A stretch of DNA of 62,474 nucleotides, counting the filler. It is 4 parts of 4 records of this genome, joined end to end, with 100 filler letters (N's around TTAATTAATTAA, not from the genome) between each part and the next. Parts side by side here need not be neighbours in the genome. Positions count along the whole stretch, not along the records: positions 15,504 to 45,001 come from DRR723986_605; 3 more parts are not named here. One strand, given 5' to 3'. How positions within the stretch are numbered: the stretch's first letter is position 1; every line of letters starts with the position of its first letter. A model generated the notes under the pieces. That model was not told the DNA's origin. It made no database searches and saw nothing but the letters and a program-made list of their open reading frames with translations. The position numbers and the translations under genes were made by a program. Shown here in pieces: positions 29,817-40,755 of this stretch.

Positions 29817-30716
29817 ATGTCTGCACAGTTTTTATCGCGTTGGGGTGTCATTGGCGTGGACGGAGACGACGCAGTGACTTTTCTTCAATCGCAACTCAGC
29901 AATGACGTTGCCGGGATGTCCGAAGGCCAGCTGCGCATGGCGGGCCTGTGCACCGCAAAAGGCCGCTTACTGGGTAGCTTTTTTGTGCTACGTCAGGGCA
30001 AACGGGTTTATTTGGCATGCCGCAAGGAAACCATTGCAGCTTTGGTCAAACGCCTGAGCATGTTTGTGTTGCGCAGCAAATGCACAGTACGCGACTGCAC
30101 GGCTGATTATCAACTCGCCTTTTTGCCCGACTCGCTCTTGACCTCACCCATGCGCATTCAATGGGACGAACAAGGCAACGCCACTGCCAGTTTGCGTTCA
30201 CTCCATGGCGCAATACCTGGTTTTCAGCTAGTCGCTGGCAACGCACAAGCTGAACAAGCTGCGGCTGACGACCAATTCGAATTTGTCCTGCAGCAACTCG
30301 GGATTGCCTATGTGTCACAACCCACGGTTGAAATGTTTATTCCACAAGCCATTAATTTCGACCTCGTGGGCGGTGTCAGTTTTAGCAAGGGTTGCTACCC
30401 CGGCCAGGAAATTGTCGCCAGAAGCCACTACCTGGGCAAAGTAAAACGACGTGTATTCCAGGCCACCTCAACAGGTGCTTCAACCATTACAGCCGGTCAG
30501 GATGTTTGGCTTGCCGGAAAGGAAAACGAACCAGCAGGTGCCGTAGCCACTGCGGTGAACTTCAATGGTCAGCAGTATTTGCTGGTTGAACTGCCAGTGG
30601 ACGACGCAGAGCAAAGCGGTGCCGCTTTCTGCATCAAAAACGAGACAGGTTCGATTGCACTGAATGTTCAGCCACCTCCCTACGATGTGCATCAAAAAGG
30701 CAACGTATTTGAATGA
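29817..30716 (+). CDS. ygfZ: folate-binding Fe-S maturation protein
   Basis: FLQSQLSND, SFSKGCYPGQEIVAR signature. Confidence 0.93.
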   Translation: MSAQFLSRWGVIGVDGDDAVTFLQSQLSNDVAGMSEGQLRMAGLCTAKGRLLGSFFVLRQGKRVYLACRKETIAALVKRLSMFVLRSKCTVRDCTADYQLAFLPDSLLTSPMRIQWDEQGNATASLRSLHGAIPGFQLVAGNAQAEQAAADDQFEFVLQQLGIAYVSQPTVEMFIPQAINFDLVGGVSFSKGCYPGQEIVARSHYLGKVKRRVFQATSTGASTITAGQDVWLAGKENEPAGAVATAVNFNGQQYLLVELPVDDAEQSGAAFCIKNETGSIALNVQPPPYDVHQKGNVFE

Positions 30717-31030
30717 ATCGCCAGCTATTCATTTACTACCGAATACCCAAAGCCGACATTGTCTTGGGTTTGCGATGCGCAAGGCGTATGGCTGCATGTC
30801 TACAACAGCAGGGATTGGGGCGCAGCCAGCTTTTTCAACGCGAGGAAGCGGACAAACCTTATTACACACTGATGGAAGTGATTCACCCTGCACCCGAACA
30901 CTCGCTTTGTGAGCCAGTTTTCATCGACGCACTTGCGCAACTGGCCAACGATTGTTTTGCGGAATTGCCAACCATGCCCAGCCGACACCTTGAATTGTTC
31001 GGAGAGGTTGATATTGAGGTGAATGAATAA
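30713..31030 (+). CDS. DUF4936 family protein
   Basis: LFIYYR...TLMEV...RHLE.F; between ygfZ and NRDE. Confidence 0.7.
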   Translation: MNRQLFIYYRIPKADIVLGLRCARRMAACLQQQGLGRSQLFQREEADKPYYTLMEVIHPAPEHSLCEPVFIDALAQLANDCFAELPTMPSRHLELFGEVDIEVNE

Positions 31031-31839
31031 TGTGTCTGGCCGTGCTTGCGATTCATGCACACCCTGACTATCCCTTTATTTGCCTCGCCAACCGGGATGA
31101 GTTTCACGATCGCCCCACCGCCCCCTTGCAGGTTTGGTCAACCCCCTATGGCTCGGTCTGGGCTGGGAAAGATCTGCAATCCGGTGGCAGCTGGCTGGGA
31201 ATCGGCAGCAATTCACAGTTCGCCCTTTTAACCAATGTCAGAAACAGCACCCTCAACATGCCGGGCACAGCTCCTTCGCGGGGCCAGATCGTACTTGATG
31301 CCATTCAAACCGGGAGTGCGCCCAATGAAAAAAACTCACTCCAGTTTGCGGGTTTTAATTTGATTCACGGAAACTTGCAGTCACTTCACTTTCACTGCAC
31401 AAGTAACCAAGGCATCAAACTGAAGAACGGTTTCAATTTCTCCACCACAGTGCAGTCGGGCCTGCACAGCCTCTCCAACGGTTATTTGAATGCACCCTGG
31501 CCAAAATCGCGCCTGTTGAAAACAGGGCTGGAAAAAACAATCGAGGCGCATTGCACAAAGCGCGCTTCATTGCCTGCTTTTGAACAAACCTTGTTGGGTT
31601 TGCTTGCCGACACCAAGCTTGCCGAGGATGCCGAATTGCCCAGCACTGGGGTGCCTTACGAATGGGAAAAAATGCTGTCGGCAGTGAAAATTGTGTCGCC
31701 TTTGTATGGCACCCGCTCCAGCGCGGTAATTCTGCTGGATCACCGTAATACAGTTCATTTCACCGAAGTGACGTTTAACCCGGCCGGAAATGAAATTGGG
31801 CGGCAAAGGTTTGAAATACCCCTACCGCCCAACCATTGA
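31030..31839 (+). CDS. NRDE/TANGO2 family protein
   Basis: MCL, ANRDEFHDRPT, GGSWLGI, LSNG.L..PWPK, YGTRSS. Confidence 0.92.
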   Translation: MCLAVLAIHAHPDYPFICLANRDEFHDRPTAPLQVWSTPYGSVWAGKDLQSGGSWLGIGSNSQFALLTNVRNSTLNMPGTAPSRGQIVLDAIQTGSAPNEKNSLQFAGFNLIHGNLQSLHFHCTSNQGIKLKNGFNFSTTVQSGLHSLSNGYLNAPWPKSRLLKTGLEKTIEAHCTKRASLPAFEQTLLGLLADTKLAEDAELPSTGVPYEWEKMLSAVKIVSPLYGTRSSAVILLDHRNTVHFTEVTFNPAGNEIGRQRFEIPLPPNH

Positions 31840-31862
31840 CTCACTGGTCGCAAATCAATTCA

Positions 31863-32165
31863 TTAAACTTCGTAATCCATGCACTGCCGAGCCGTGCGAA
31901 CCTCTCCAATGAAGCTTTTAATGGCTTCATGCGTGGGGTGAACCGCGTAGGCATCCAACGCTGCCTTGTTCTCGAAGGTCGAGTACAACACCACGTCGTA
32001 CGTGCACTCAAGGCTGGTACCACCCAAACCCACTTCAAAGTCCACAATACCCGGCACGATGTTGGCACAAGCCATTAGCTTTTCCTTCACCAGTTCCATG
32101 TTGCGGGCCTTGGTGTTGCCAAGGGCTTCGTCTTTCAACTGCCAGAATACGATGTGCTTAATCAT
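31863..32165 (-). CDS. Dabb family stress-responsive alpha/beta barrel protein
   Basis: MIKHIVFW, YDVVLYSTF, AYAVHPTH, DYE. Confidence 0.9.
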   Translation of the reverse strand: MIKHIVFWQLKDEALGNTKARNMELVKEKLMACANIVPGIVDFEVGLGGTSLECTYDVVLYSTFENKAALDAYAVHPTHEAIKSFIGEVRTARQCMDYEV

Positions 32166-32194
32166 TGAACTTCTCTAGATTTGGTTGGGTAATC

Positions 32195-33832
32195 TCAGTT
32201 TGGTAACTGATAGTCTTTGAATTGCTCGCGCAATTTCAGTTTCTGGATTTTACCAGTCGCTGTGTGTGGCAATTCATCAACAAACGCAACATCGTTGGGC
32301 AAACAGTATTTCGCCACTTTGCCTTCATAGAAGTTCAGTAGCTCCTCTTTGCTCACTTCGATACCAGGCTTACGCACCACTACAAGCAAAGGGCGCTCAT
32401 CCCATTTCGGGTGGTAAACGGAGATCACCGCCGCTTCATGCACCGCAGGGTGTGCCATGGCGACATTTTCCAGCTCGATCGAGCTGATCCATTCACCGCC
32501 CGACTTGATGACATCTTTGCTTCGATCCGTAATCTGCATAAAGCCTTCACGATTGATTTTCGACACATCCCCTGTGGCAAACCACTTCTTGCCATCCTTA
32601 TCGATCGTGAATGCTTTCGCTCCCTCACCGCCGTAATAGCTGTCGATTACCCAATGGCCACGAACCAGCAAATCGCCGAAAGCCTCACCATCCCAAGGCA
32701 ATTCCTCACCATCGTCACTGACAATTTTCATGTCCACCCCGAAGATTGCAGTCCCCTGCTTTTGCAGGATGTTCTGCTTTTCTTCCAGAGACAAATCCAG
32801 GTGCTGAGCTTTTAGTCGACACACCGTACCGAGCGGTGACAACTCAGTCATTCCCCACGCATGAATTACTTCAACACCCAGGCTATTCAGCGTTTTGATC
32901 ATCGCCGCTGGCGCGGCAGAACCACCAATCACCGTACGGTTGAAATAATTGAACTTCAAACCATTTTGCTGCACATGGTTCAACAAGCCCAACCACACTG
33001 TGGGTACTCCGGCCGAGAAGTTTACCTTCTCGCTTTCCAGCAATTCGTAAATGGAGGCCCCATCCAAAGCACCACCGGGCATTACCATTTTGGCACCGGT
33101 CATCAGCGCAATGTAGGGAATGCCCCATGCGTTGACGTGGAACATGGGTACGACGGGCAAAATAGTATCGCGGCTGCTCAAGCCCAGGGCATCGGGCGTG
33201 CAGGCTGCCATCGCATGCAACACGGTAGAACGATGCGAATACAGAGCACCCTTGGGATTGCCCGTAGTACCGGAGGTGTAACACAGGCCAGAGGCCGTAT
33301 TCTCATCCAGTGGGGGCCACACGTATTGGTCTGAAGCGTTTTTGATCAAGGCCTCGTAATTCAGGCAGCCAGCCACAGCTGGTTCAGAGGGCATCACAGC
33401 TTCGTCACACATTTGTACCCAACGCTTTACGGTGGGGCACGCAGGCGCAATCGCCCTGATCAATGGCGCAAACGTACTATCAAAAAACACCATGGTGTCT
33501 TTCGCGTGGTTAATGATGTACACCAATTGCTCCGGAAACAAACGCGGATTCAAAGTGTGTACGACCGCACCCATGCCTGATACAGCATAGTAAATTTCAA
33601 CGTGGCGGTAACCATTCCACGCCAGAGTCGCAATGTTTTCACCCTGCTGTACGCCAAGTTCAGTCAGGGTGTTGGCCAACTTCTTGGCGCGTTTGGCCAC
33701 TTCGCCATAGGTGGTTCGATGAATATCGCCTTCCGTACGGCGTGATACAACTTCAACGTGTGGGTGGTGCCGCTCCGCGTGTTCCATCACCGATGAAATC
33801 AACAGGGGCATGTTCATCATCAAACCTTGCAT
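32195..33832 (-). CDS. medium/long-chain fatty-acyl (3-methylthiopropionyl-like) CoA ligase
   Basis: [48 protein letters not shown]. Confidence 0.92.
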   Translation of the reverse strand: MQGLMMNMPLLISSVMEHAERHHPHVEVVSRRTEGDIHRTTYGEVAKRAKKLANTLTELGVQQGENIATLAWNGYRHVEIYYAVSGMGAVVHTLNPRLFPEQLVYIINHAKDTMVFFDSTFAPLIRAIAPACPTVKRWVQMCDEAVMPSEPAVAGCLNYEALIKNASDQYVWPPLDENTASGLCYTSGTTGNPKGALYSHRSTVLHAMAACTPDALGLSSRDTILPVVPMFHVNAWGIPYIALMTGAKMVMPGGALDGASIYELLESEKVNFSAGVPTVWLGLLNHVQQNGLKFNYFNRTVIGGSAAPAAMIKTLNSLGVEVIHAWGMTELSPLGTVCRLKAQHLDLSLEEKQNILQKQGTAIFGVDMKIVSDDGEELPWDGEAFGDLLVRGHWVIDSYYGGEGAKAFTIDKDGKKWFATGDVSKINREGFMQITDRSKDVIKSGGEWISSIELENVAMAHPAVHEAAVISVYHPKWDERPLLVVVRKPGIEVSKEELLNFYEGKVAKYCLPNDVAFVDELPHTATGKIQKLKLREQFKDYQLPN

Positions 33833-33885
33833 TTGCGCTTTCTCCTCCAGGTATAACGTTTGTTCTGCGGTGTTCCCCGACTACA

Positions 33886-35454
33886 ATGGTAGGGTTGTTT
33901 AACGAAACTATACTTCAGGACCACCCTTTGTTTCATAATCACGATTCTATTTTGGTTCAAGAATACGCAAGTCTGGGTGCGCCTTATCTCACGGAAGTAC
34001 CCACCACGCCCCTTCGTACAGAAGCTGACTTGGTGCATCTGAACACTGCCTTGGCCACCGAAGTGGGTTTGAATGCCGGGGAATTGAGCAGCGCGCAGGG
34101 CATTCTTGTACTTTCTGGCAACATATCATTTCCCGGCTATGAAAGCCGGGCCAGCGTGTATTGCGGGCACCAGTTCGGACAATTTGTGCCACAGTTGGGC
34201 GACGGCCGTGCCTTGCTGATCGCCGAGATTCGCAAAGGCAAGCAGTACCGCCAGCTACAACTGAAAGGCGCAGGCCCCACCCCCTACTCCCGCCATGCCG
34301 ATGGCCGCGCGGTGCTGCGTTCGTCAATCCGGGAATACTTGGCATCCGAGGCCATGCAGGCACTCGGAATACCCACCACCCGCGCACTCAGCCTGACTGC
34401 GAGTGCGGACCCGGTTTTTCGCGAAACCACCGAAACTGCCGCAATTGTGTGTCGTGTCAGCGAAAGCTTTATGCGTTTTGGCCATGTGGAATTTTTCTGC
34501 TACACCAACCAGCTCGACGCCTTGCGAAACCTGCTCACTTGGCACATCGAGCAACATCACCCTGAAATCGACCTTGGTGATACAGAAACCAGTTTGCATG
34601 CTGGTTTGTTGAAATGGTTGGGTGTAGTCATCGATCGCACAGCACGCATGGTGGCCAAATGGCAGGCTGTGGGTTTTTGCCATGGTGTCATGAATACCGA
34701 CAACATGAGCCTTTTGGGCTTGACCATTGATTATGGTCCGTATGGATTCATCGATGATTTCGACATTGATCACATCTGCAACCATTCCGACCATCAAGGC
34801 CGCTACAGCTATCGCAACCAACCCAGAATCGCGCACTGGAACCTTTATGCCTTGGCCCAGGCCCTAAGTCCACTGATTCCCGACAGCAAAGAAAAACTTC
34901 AGAACCTGCTGGACGGATTTGCAGAAGTATTTCACGCCGAGCACAGCGCCCTCTTTGCGCAAAAGCTCGGCTTGAGCTCAACCCAAGGCAGTGCGGTTGA
35001 TGGCTTTATTGAAAACACCCTGAAATTCATGCATGAACATTCACTCGATTTCACGCGGTTTTTCAGATCAATTTCAACGTTGAATCCAAATGCTCCCGGC
35101 GAGGAAAACTTCGCCAGCTGGCAGCAAAGCGCCTTCTTCCCATTGGTTTTGGGCGACGAGGCTCAGGTGAACCAAGCAAAACTGTGGCTTAAACAATGGC
35201 GAGAGGCGACAAACCGTCAAAGTCTGGATATCCAGGCTTGGAAAAAGAAACTCGACCAAACCAACCCTGCCTTCGTACTGCGCAACCATCTGCTCCAAAA
35301 CGCCATTGAGCGGGCGCAGCAAGGCGAATTTACAGAGGTGAACCGATTGTTCACCGCGTTGTCTGACCCCTACGATGCGACACAACTGCCCAGTGAGTAC
35401 ACGGCACAACCCCCTGAATGGGCGAAATCGTTGGTGCTGAGTTGTTCGTCATGA
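33886..35454 (+). CDS. selO: protein adenylyltransferase SelO (YdiU)
   Basis: [40 protein letters not shown]-terminal SCSS; start approximate. Confidence 0.95.
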   Translation: MVGLFNETILQDHPLFHNHDSILVQEYASLGAPYLTEVPTTPLRTEADLVHLNTALATEVGLNAGELSSAQGILVLSGNISFPGYESRASVYCGHQFGQFVPQLGDGRALLIAEIRKGKQYRQLQLKGAGPTPYSRHADGRAVLRSSIREYLASEAMQALGIPTTRALSLTASADPVFRETTETAAIVCRVSESFMRFGHVEFFCYTNQLDALRNLLTWHIEQHHPEIDLGDTETSLHAGLLKWLGVVIDRTARMVAKWQAVGFCHGVMNTDNMSLLGLTIDYGPYGFIDDFDIDHICNHSDHQGRYSYRNQPRIAHWNLYALAQALSPLIPDSKEKLQNLLDGFAEVFHAEHSALFAQKLGLSSTQGSAVDGFIENTLKFMHEHSLDFTRFFRSISTLNPNAPGEENFASWQQSAFFPLVLGDEAQVNQAKLWLKQWREATNRQSLDIQAWKKKLDQTNPAFVLRNHLLQNAIERAQQGEFTEVNRLFTALSDPYDATQLPSEYTAQPPEWAKSLVLSCSS

Positions 35455-35471
35455 ATTACGGAGACAAAATC

Positions 35472-35885
35472 ATGGTTGAAAAAGTTGTCAAAACAGAGGC
35501 CCAGTGGCGTGAAGAACTCACCCCCACCAGCTTTGAAGTGACCCGAAAAAAAGGCACCGAACGGGCGTTCACCGGGCAGTATTGGGATCACCACGAGCCT
35601 GGTATTTACAGGTGTATTTGCTGCGGCACCCCATTGTTTGCATCCGACACCAAATTCGATTCTGGTTGCGGATGGCCCAGCTACTTCGCCCCATTGAACC
35701 CTGAAAACATCGAAGAACACGTAGACCGCAGCTACGGCATGATTCGTACTGAAGTGACCTGTAAGATATGCGATTCGCATTTGGGCCACGTGTTCGAAGA
35801 CGGCCCCGAACCAACCGGACTGCGCTATTGCATCAACTCGGTCAGTTTGGCGTTCGAGCCCTTTGCCTCCGACTCATCAGCCTGA
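35472..35885 (+). CDS. msrB: methionine-R-sulfoxide reductase
   Basis: [37 protein letters not shown]. Confidence 0.97.
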   Translation: MVEKVVKTEAQWREELTPTSFEVTRKKGTERAFTGQYWDHHEPGIYRCICCGTPLFASDTKFDSGCGWPSYFAPLNPENIEEHVDRSYGMIRTEVTCKICDSHLGHVFEDGPEPTGLRYCINSVSLAFEPFASDSSA

Positions 35886-35932
35886 GACTTTGACACGGTG
35901 AACCCTCGGCACAACCACACTACAATTAATAC

Positions 35933-36568
35933 ATGAAACTGTTACTCGATTTTCTACCGATCGTTCTGTTTTTTGTCAGCTTCAAATGGGCTGGCAGCAA
36001 CCCTGAACAGGCTCAATTCATTCTGGAACCCATATTGGGCAGCATTTCCAGCGCGGAAGTACAAACCGCCCAGTTGCCAATCTTGCTGGCCACGGTGGTC
36101 GCCATTTTGGCGACCATACTACAAATCATTTATCAGAAAGCCACCGGTAAAAAAGTGGAAAACATGCAATGGATCGGCTTGATCCTGATCGCAGTGTTCG
36201 GTGGCGCCACATTGGTTTTGCAGAACGAAACTTTCATCAAATGGAAGCCCACCGTTCTTTACCTGGCCATGGCTGCCGGTTTTCTGGTCGCATACGCCTT
36301 CAAGCGCAATCCTATCGAATTGATGATGAAGGGCCAGGTCGATCTGCCCGCCCCGGTTTGGATTAATTTATTGTGGGCCTGGGTAGGCTTTTTCGTGCTC
36401 ATGGCCGTTTTGAATATTGTGGTCGCTTACTCATTCTCAACCGATGTGTGGGTGGACTTCAAATTGTTTGGCTCTTTGGGAGCCACTTTGATATTTGTGT
36501 TTGGGCAAGGTTTTTACATGTCAAAACACATGAAACAAGGCAATGAGCCAAGCAGTGAGGCCAAGTAA
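35933..36568 (+). CDS. yciB: septation protein A / YciB
   Basis: DFLPIVLFF, FGGATL, FIKWKPTVLY, WVDFKLFG. Confidence 0.93.
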   Translation: MKLLLDFLPIVLFFVSFKWAGSNPEQAQFILEPILGSISSAEVQTAQLPILLATVVAILATILQIIYQKATGKKVENMQWIGLILIAVFGGATLVLQNETFIKWKPTVLYLAMAAGFLVAYAFKRNPIELMMKGQVDLPAPVWINLLWAWVGFFVLMAVLNIVVAYSFSTDVWVDFKLFGSLGATLIFVFGQGFYMSKHMKQGNEPSSEAK

Positions 36569-36571
36569 CGC

Positions 36572-36877
36572 ATGGTAACCAGCGAAGACATCAAATATCG
36601 TCTTGAAACTGCACTTGATGCACAAGTGGAAGTGATTGATGAATCTCATTTGCATGCGGGGCATGAAGGCGCCAAGTCTGGCGGTCGGCATTATCGGGTC
36701 AAACTGAAGTCTGCACGCTTCAATGGTCTAAGAACATTAGCGCGCCATCGTCTCGTGTATGATGCTTTATCAGAATGGATGAAAAAAGAAATCCACGCGC
36801 TGGCCATCGATTCCACTGAGGAGTCATCTAGGGATTCCACTGCCAACCCCACAGGGATTGCACGAGACGCATCTTAG
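36572..36877 (+). CDS. bolA: BolA family protein
   Basis: DESHLHAGH, RHRLVY, IHAL. Confidence 0.92.
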   Translation: MVTSEDIKYRLETALDAQVEVIDESHLHAGHEGAKSGGRHYRVKLKSARFNGLRTLARHRLVYDALSEWMKKEIHALAIDSTEESSRDSTANPTGIARDAS

Positions 36878-36931
36878 TAGGCCAAGCCAAACTACCCGTA
36901 TTAACTCTCTGAGACACAAGGTTATTTTGTT

Positions 36932-37714
36932 ATGTTGAACACCACCCTGAAAGCAACTTGTCTGGCCGCCGTTTTGGTTCTGGGCACACCCGTACACGCT
37001 CAAAACGCCGCTGTGGTGAATGGCCAGTCCATTCCTAGCGCCCTGGTTGACTTCATCATGGCCGAACAGGAAAAGCGCGGCCAGGCTGCCTCTCCCGAAA
37101 TGCGCGCCACCATTCGCCAAGAACTGATCAATCAAGAAGTGATGAAGCAAGAGGCCGTTAAAAAAGGCCTGGGCAGCTCCCCCGAAGTAAAGTACCAGGT
37201 TCAAATGATGAACCAGGCTATTTTGGCCAATGCATTGCGTGAGGACTTTTACAAAAACACGAAATTGACTGACAAAGAGGTCGAAGCAGCCTACGCGGAA
37301 ATCGCCAAAATGATGGGTGGCAGCGAATTCCGCGCCAGCCACATCCTGGTTGAGCAGGAATCTGAGGCCAAAGCAATTATCGATCAGTTGGGCAAAGGTG
37401 GAAAGTTTGCAGACATCGCAAAGGCCAAGTCGAAAGATCCAGGCTCAGCGCCCAATGGTGGTGACCTCGACTGGGCCAACCCCAACAGCTTTGTACCCGA
37501 GTTTTCCCAAGCGATGGTCGGTTTGAAGAAAGGTGAATACACCAAGGCTCCAGTAAAAAGCCAATTTGGCTACCATGTGATCCTGCTGGCCGACACAAGG
37601 GAGGCCACACCACCCAAGCTCGAAGAGATTCGCCCACAACTTGAACAGAAAATGATCAATGACAAGTGGGAAGAGTATCAGGGCAAGCTGTTATCGAACG
37701 CCAAAGTCAAATAA
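36932..37714 (+). CDS. PpiC-type peptidyl-prolyl isomerase, periplasmic
   Basis: ASHILV, S.DPGS..NGGDL, PVKSQFGYHVI. Confidence 0.93.
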   Translation: MLNTTLKATCLAAVLVLGTPVHAQNAAVVNGQSIPSALVDFIMAEQEKRGQAASPEMRATIRQELINQEVMKQEAVKKGLGSSPEVKYQVQMMNQAILANALREDFYKNTKLTDKEVEAAYAEIAKMMGGSEFRASHILVEQESEAKAIIDQLGKGGKFADIAKAKSKDPGSAPNGGDLDWANPNSFVPEFSQAMVGLKKGEYTKAPVKSQFGYHVILLADTREATPPKLEEIRPQLEQKMINDKWEEYQGKLLSNAKVK

Positions 37715-37725
37715 GCAACAAACCC

Positions 37726-37767
37726 AAAGAAAAAGCCGCCAGTTAATGCGCTGGCGGCTTTTTCTTT
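37726..37767. terminator. bidirectional rho-independent terminator
   Basis: AAAGAAAAAGCCGCCAG-ttaatgcg-CTGGCGGCTTTTTCTTT between convergent genes. Confidence 0.9.
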
Positions 37768-37808
37768 TTATCCTCAAAAACCGTCACAACCCCTGCTACT
37801 GACTGTTT

Positions 37809-38831
37809 TCAAATATTGGTAATTCGATCGATTGCAGCCTGGTACATGTAACTTTGGCGCAAGTTTTCCCAATTCAGCGATTGCCCGGACAACAAGCGAC
37901 CCAGGCGACGGTTGCGCACTTCCATATGTTCATGAACTTCGGGCACCGGGTTATTTACCAAGGTATCGATGTCATCAAAATTATTACAGACCAGCACTGC
38001 ATCACAACCCGCCTGCAAAGCGGCGCTGGCTCGGGCACGAATATCCCCCACACCGTGTGCACCCACCATGTCCAGGTCGTCGCTGATCACTGCACCGTCA
38101 AAACTGAACTTCACCCTCAATACCTCTTGAATCCAGAAGCTGGAAAAACAGGCCGGCATTGGGTCCACCTCCGAATACACCACATGCGCCGGCATGATAC
38201 TGGCCATATTCAAGGTCGAATTCAATTGGTAAGGCAACGCATCCACCTTCAGGATCTCATTCAATGGACGATTGTCGTGAGGTAATGCCAAATGGCTGTC
38301 CAAACTCACCCAACCATGCCCAGGAAAGTGTTTTCCACAGGCTTGCATGCCTGCCAAGGCCATGCCATTCATCAAGGCTGCAGAAAGACGGGATACCATT
38401 CTGGCGTCTTTACCGAACGACCGGTTACCAATGATCTCGCTATTGCCCCAATCCAGATCAAGCACTGGCGCAAAACTCATGTCGATGCCACAGGCGCGTA
38501 ACTCGGCGGCCATGACAAAGCCAGCCTCTCTGGCCAAAAGCACAGCATCATCAAAATCAGTTTCAGCGCGTTGACCAATTTGGCGCATGGAGGGAATTGC
38601 GGTAAAACCATCCCGGAAGCGCTGCACCCGGCCACCCTCGTGATCCACAAAAACCGGCTTGTTCGAGCCACCATTTGATCGAATAGATTCCACCAAATCA
38701 ATAAGTTGGGCTTTACTTTCAAAGTTTCGCGTGAATAGAATAAGTCCGCCAACGGCCGGATTTTGAATGCGTTCAATGTCCTCCTTGGATAAGGTCAAAC
38801 CCGTCAAACCAATGATGAATGGACCTAACAT
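37809..38831 (-). CDS. nagZ: beta-N-acetylhexosaminidase
   Basis: VDHEGGRVQRF, KHFPGHG...DSH, SDDLDM. Confidence 0.95.
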   Translation of the reverse strand: MLGPFIIGLTGLTLSKEDIERIQNPAVGGLILFTRNFESKAQLIDLVESIRSNGGSNKPVFVDHEGGRVQRFRDGFTAIPSMRQIGQRAETDFDDAVLLAREAGFVMAAELRACGIDMSFAPVLDLDWGNSEIIGNRSFGKDARMVSRLSAALMNGMALAGMQACGKHFPGHGWVSLDSHLALPHDNRPLNEILKVDALPYQLNSTLNMASIMPAHVVYSEVDPMPACFSSFWIQEVLRVKFSFDGAVISDDLDMVGAHGVGDIRARASAALQAGCDAVLVCNNFDDIDTLVNNPVPEVHEHMEVRNRRLGRLLSGQSLNWENLRQSYMYQAAIDRITNI

Positions 38832-38855
38832 ATCGATTGAGTTCCTTAACTTAAA

Positions 38856-39260
38856 TTATTGTTTTGAATACAAAATAACCGTGGACATTACGTAATTTTG
38901 TTCATCACTGATTGAAATTCTCGCCTGAGCCCTGCGGGACTGTAACCAATTCTGCAAACGTTCGGAATAGACCAAAACGGGCGCCCCGGAATCGCCGTTC
39001 AACACCGACAAATCCTGAAATGAAAATTCTGCACCCACTCCAGTGCCCATGGCCTTGGAAAACGCCTCCTTGGCGCAGTAGCGTGTTGCAACAAACAAGG
39101 TGCCTCGAATGGCCGATTTGTCAGACCGACGCTCATACTCATCAATTTCGGCCGGGGTCAGTACGCGCTTGATAAACACATCCCTGCCCTTGCGCAGCAG
39201 ACCCTCCAAACGGTCCACTTCTAGAATGTCACAACCCAAACCTAGAATATCGTCGATCAT
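38856..39260 (-). CDS. acpS: holo-ACP synthase
   Basis: GLGCDI, AKEAFSKAMGTG, SISDE. Confidence 0.93.
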   Translation of the reverse strand: MIDDILGLGCDILEVDRLEGLLRKGRDVFIKRVLTPAEIDEYERRSDKSAIRGTLFVATRYCAKEAFSKAMGTGVGAEFSFQDLSVLNGDSGAPVLVYSERLQNWLQSRRAQARISISDEQNYVMSTVILYSKQ

Positions 39261-39283
39261 GAGGCAATCAAACCTATGTTCAC

Positions 39284-40024
39284 CTATCGTGGTCTAATTG
39301 ATTCCAGCTTCGCCGAAATCATGAGTTCTTTCATTTTCTTGATTGCACCTTCCCAACCCATGAACACCGCATTGGCCACGATGCTGTGCCCGATGTTTAA
39401 CTCTGAAATGGTTTCAATCGCGGCCACAGGCTGCACATTGTCGTAGTTCAGGCCATGCCCAGCGTTCACCCTTAAGCCCTCGGCAACCCCGAAATTGGCC
39501 GATTTGCGGATTCTTGACAACTCAAGCTCAACCGCAGGTCCCAAGGCATGGGCATAACGCCCAGTATGCAACTCAATCGCGTCCGCACCGCACTTCAAGG
39601 CAGCCTCAATTTGATCCAAGTCTGGATCAATAAACAGCGAAATTCGCATTCCCTGGTCTTTCAAGCGTGCCACAGCAGGCGCAATCAGATGAAAACCGCC
39701 AATCACATCCAGGCCGCCTTCAGTGGTTACCTCTTCCCGGCGTTCGGGCACAAAACACACATCCTGAGGCTTCACATCCTCAACCAATCGAATCATTTCC
39801 TCAACCACTGCGCACTCGAAGTTCATTCGGGTGCTGATCAAAGGCCTGATTCTGCGCACGTCTTCATCCTGCATGTGGCGCCTGTCCTCACGAACATGCA
39901 CAGTAATCGCATCCGCGCCATATTCCTCCGCCAACAAGGCAGCACGCAAAGGATCGGGCTCGTGCCCCCTACGGGCCTGGCGAATCGTGGCCACGTGATC
40001 AATGTTTACACCAAGTTCAATCAT
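39284..40024 (-). CDS. pdxJ: pyridoxine 5'-phosphate synthase
   Basis: [35 protein letters not shown]. Confidence 0.97.
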   Translation of the reverse strand: MIELGVNIDHVATIRQARRGHEPDPLRAALLAEEYGADAITVHVREDRRHMQDEDVRRIRPLISTRMNFECAVVEEMIRLVEDVKPQDVCFVPERREEVTTEGGLDVIGGFHLIAPAVARLKDQGMRISLFIDPDLDQIEAALKCGADAIELHTGRYAHALGPAVELELSRIRKSANFGVAEGLRVNAGHGLNYDNVQPVAAIETISELNIGHSIVANAVFMGWEGAIKKMKELMISAKLESIRPR

Positions 40025-40755
40025 GCTCTTAACAAATGCTCCATCCAGACTCTAGACATCAAACCATTGGGTGCGATGTGAGCCATCAACAGTTTGCGGG
40101 TAATCGGTTTTAAGACACTCGCAGCGGACTTTGACCATATGCCATTCTGAATTTCAACAATCCACAAGCCTTGGACCGTTTGCTCAACGCTGCTGTTCAA
40201 CGAATTGTTTACACTTACCCCGTCTGAGGGAGCCCAGCCTTCCTGGTCTTGCCACACATAGTGACGATCAGGATCAATTGCCGCACCCGCCTTGTCCTGC
40301 TGCCAATCGAGACCATAGCCCAGAGACTGAAGCAATCCAACCTCAAATTGACGAATACACACATTCATGTCATCGCCACCAGCCAACCCCAGCAAAGTAT
40401 TTTGATACAACTCAAAAAGGTCGGGATGCGTGTCCTCACGGCTCAACCCTCGCATTAACAACTCGTTCAGATAATAAGCCGCAAACAGAGCTTTACCATC
40501 CGGGGACATCAAACCGCCCAGCCACTCCGCTTGAACCAGGGTTTTTACCTCAGACTTGCCTGTAAAACGCACAGACAGGGGCTGAAAACTGACCAAAACA
40601 GCCCGCAAGCCAGAATGTGGCCTTTTCGCCCCCTTCGCAACTACTGGCAGGCGCCCGTGTTCCTTGCAAAAAAGCTCAACAATTAAACTGGTTTCCTTGT
40701 ACGGCACGCTGTGCAGTACATAGGCAAAATCCGTGTTGGATCGCGTGTTATTCAT
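40021..40755 (-). CDS. recO: DNA repair protein RecO
   Basis: AYVLH..PYKETSL, YLNELL; era-recO-pdxJ synteny. Confidence 0.93.
   Translation of the reverse strand: MNNTRSNTDFAYVLHSVPYKETSLIVELFCKEHGRLPVVAKGAKRPHSGLRAVLVSFQPLSVRFTGKSEVKTLVQAEWLGGLMSPDGKALFAAYYLNELLMRGLSREDTHPDLFELYQNTLLGLAGGDDMNVCIRQFEVGLLQSLGYGLDWQQDKAGAAIDPDRHYVWQDQEGWAPSDGVSVNNSLNSSVEQTVQGLWIVEIQNGIWSKSAASVLKPITRKLLMAHIAPNGLMSRVWMEHLLRA

Noticed and set aside
35440-35454. Selenocysteine readthrough in SelO
   Set aside because: Ends in the usual bacterial Cys form (SCSS) and the TGA abuts msrB; no SECIS evident
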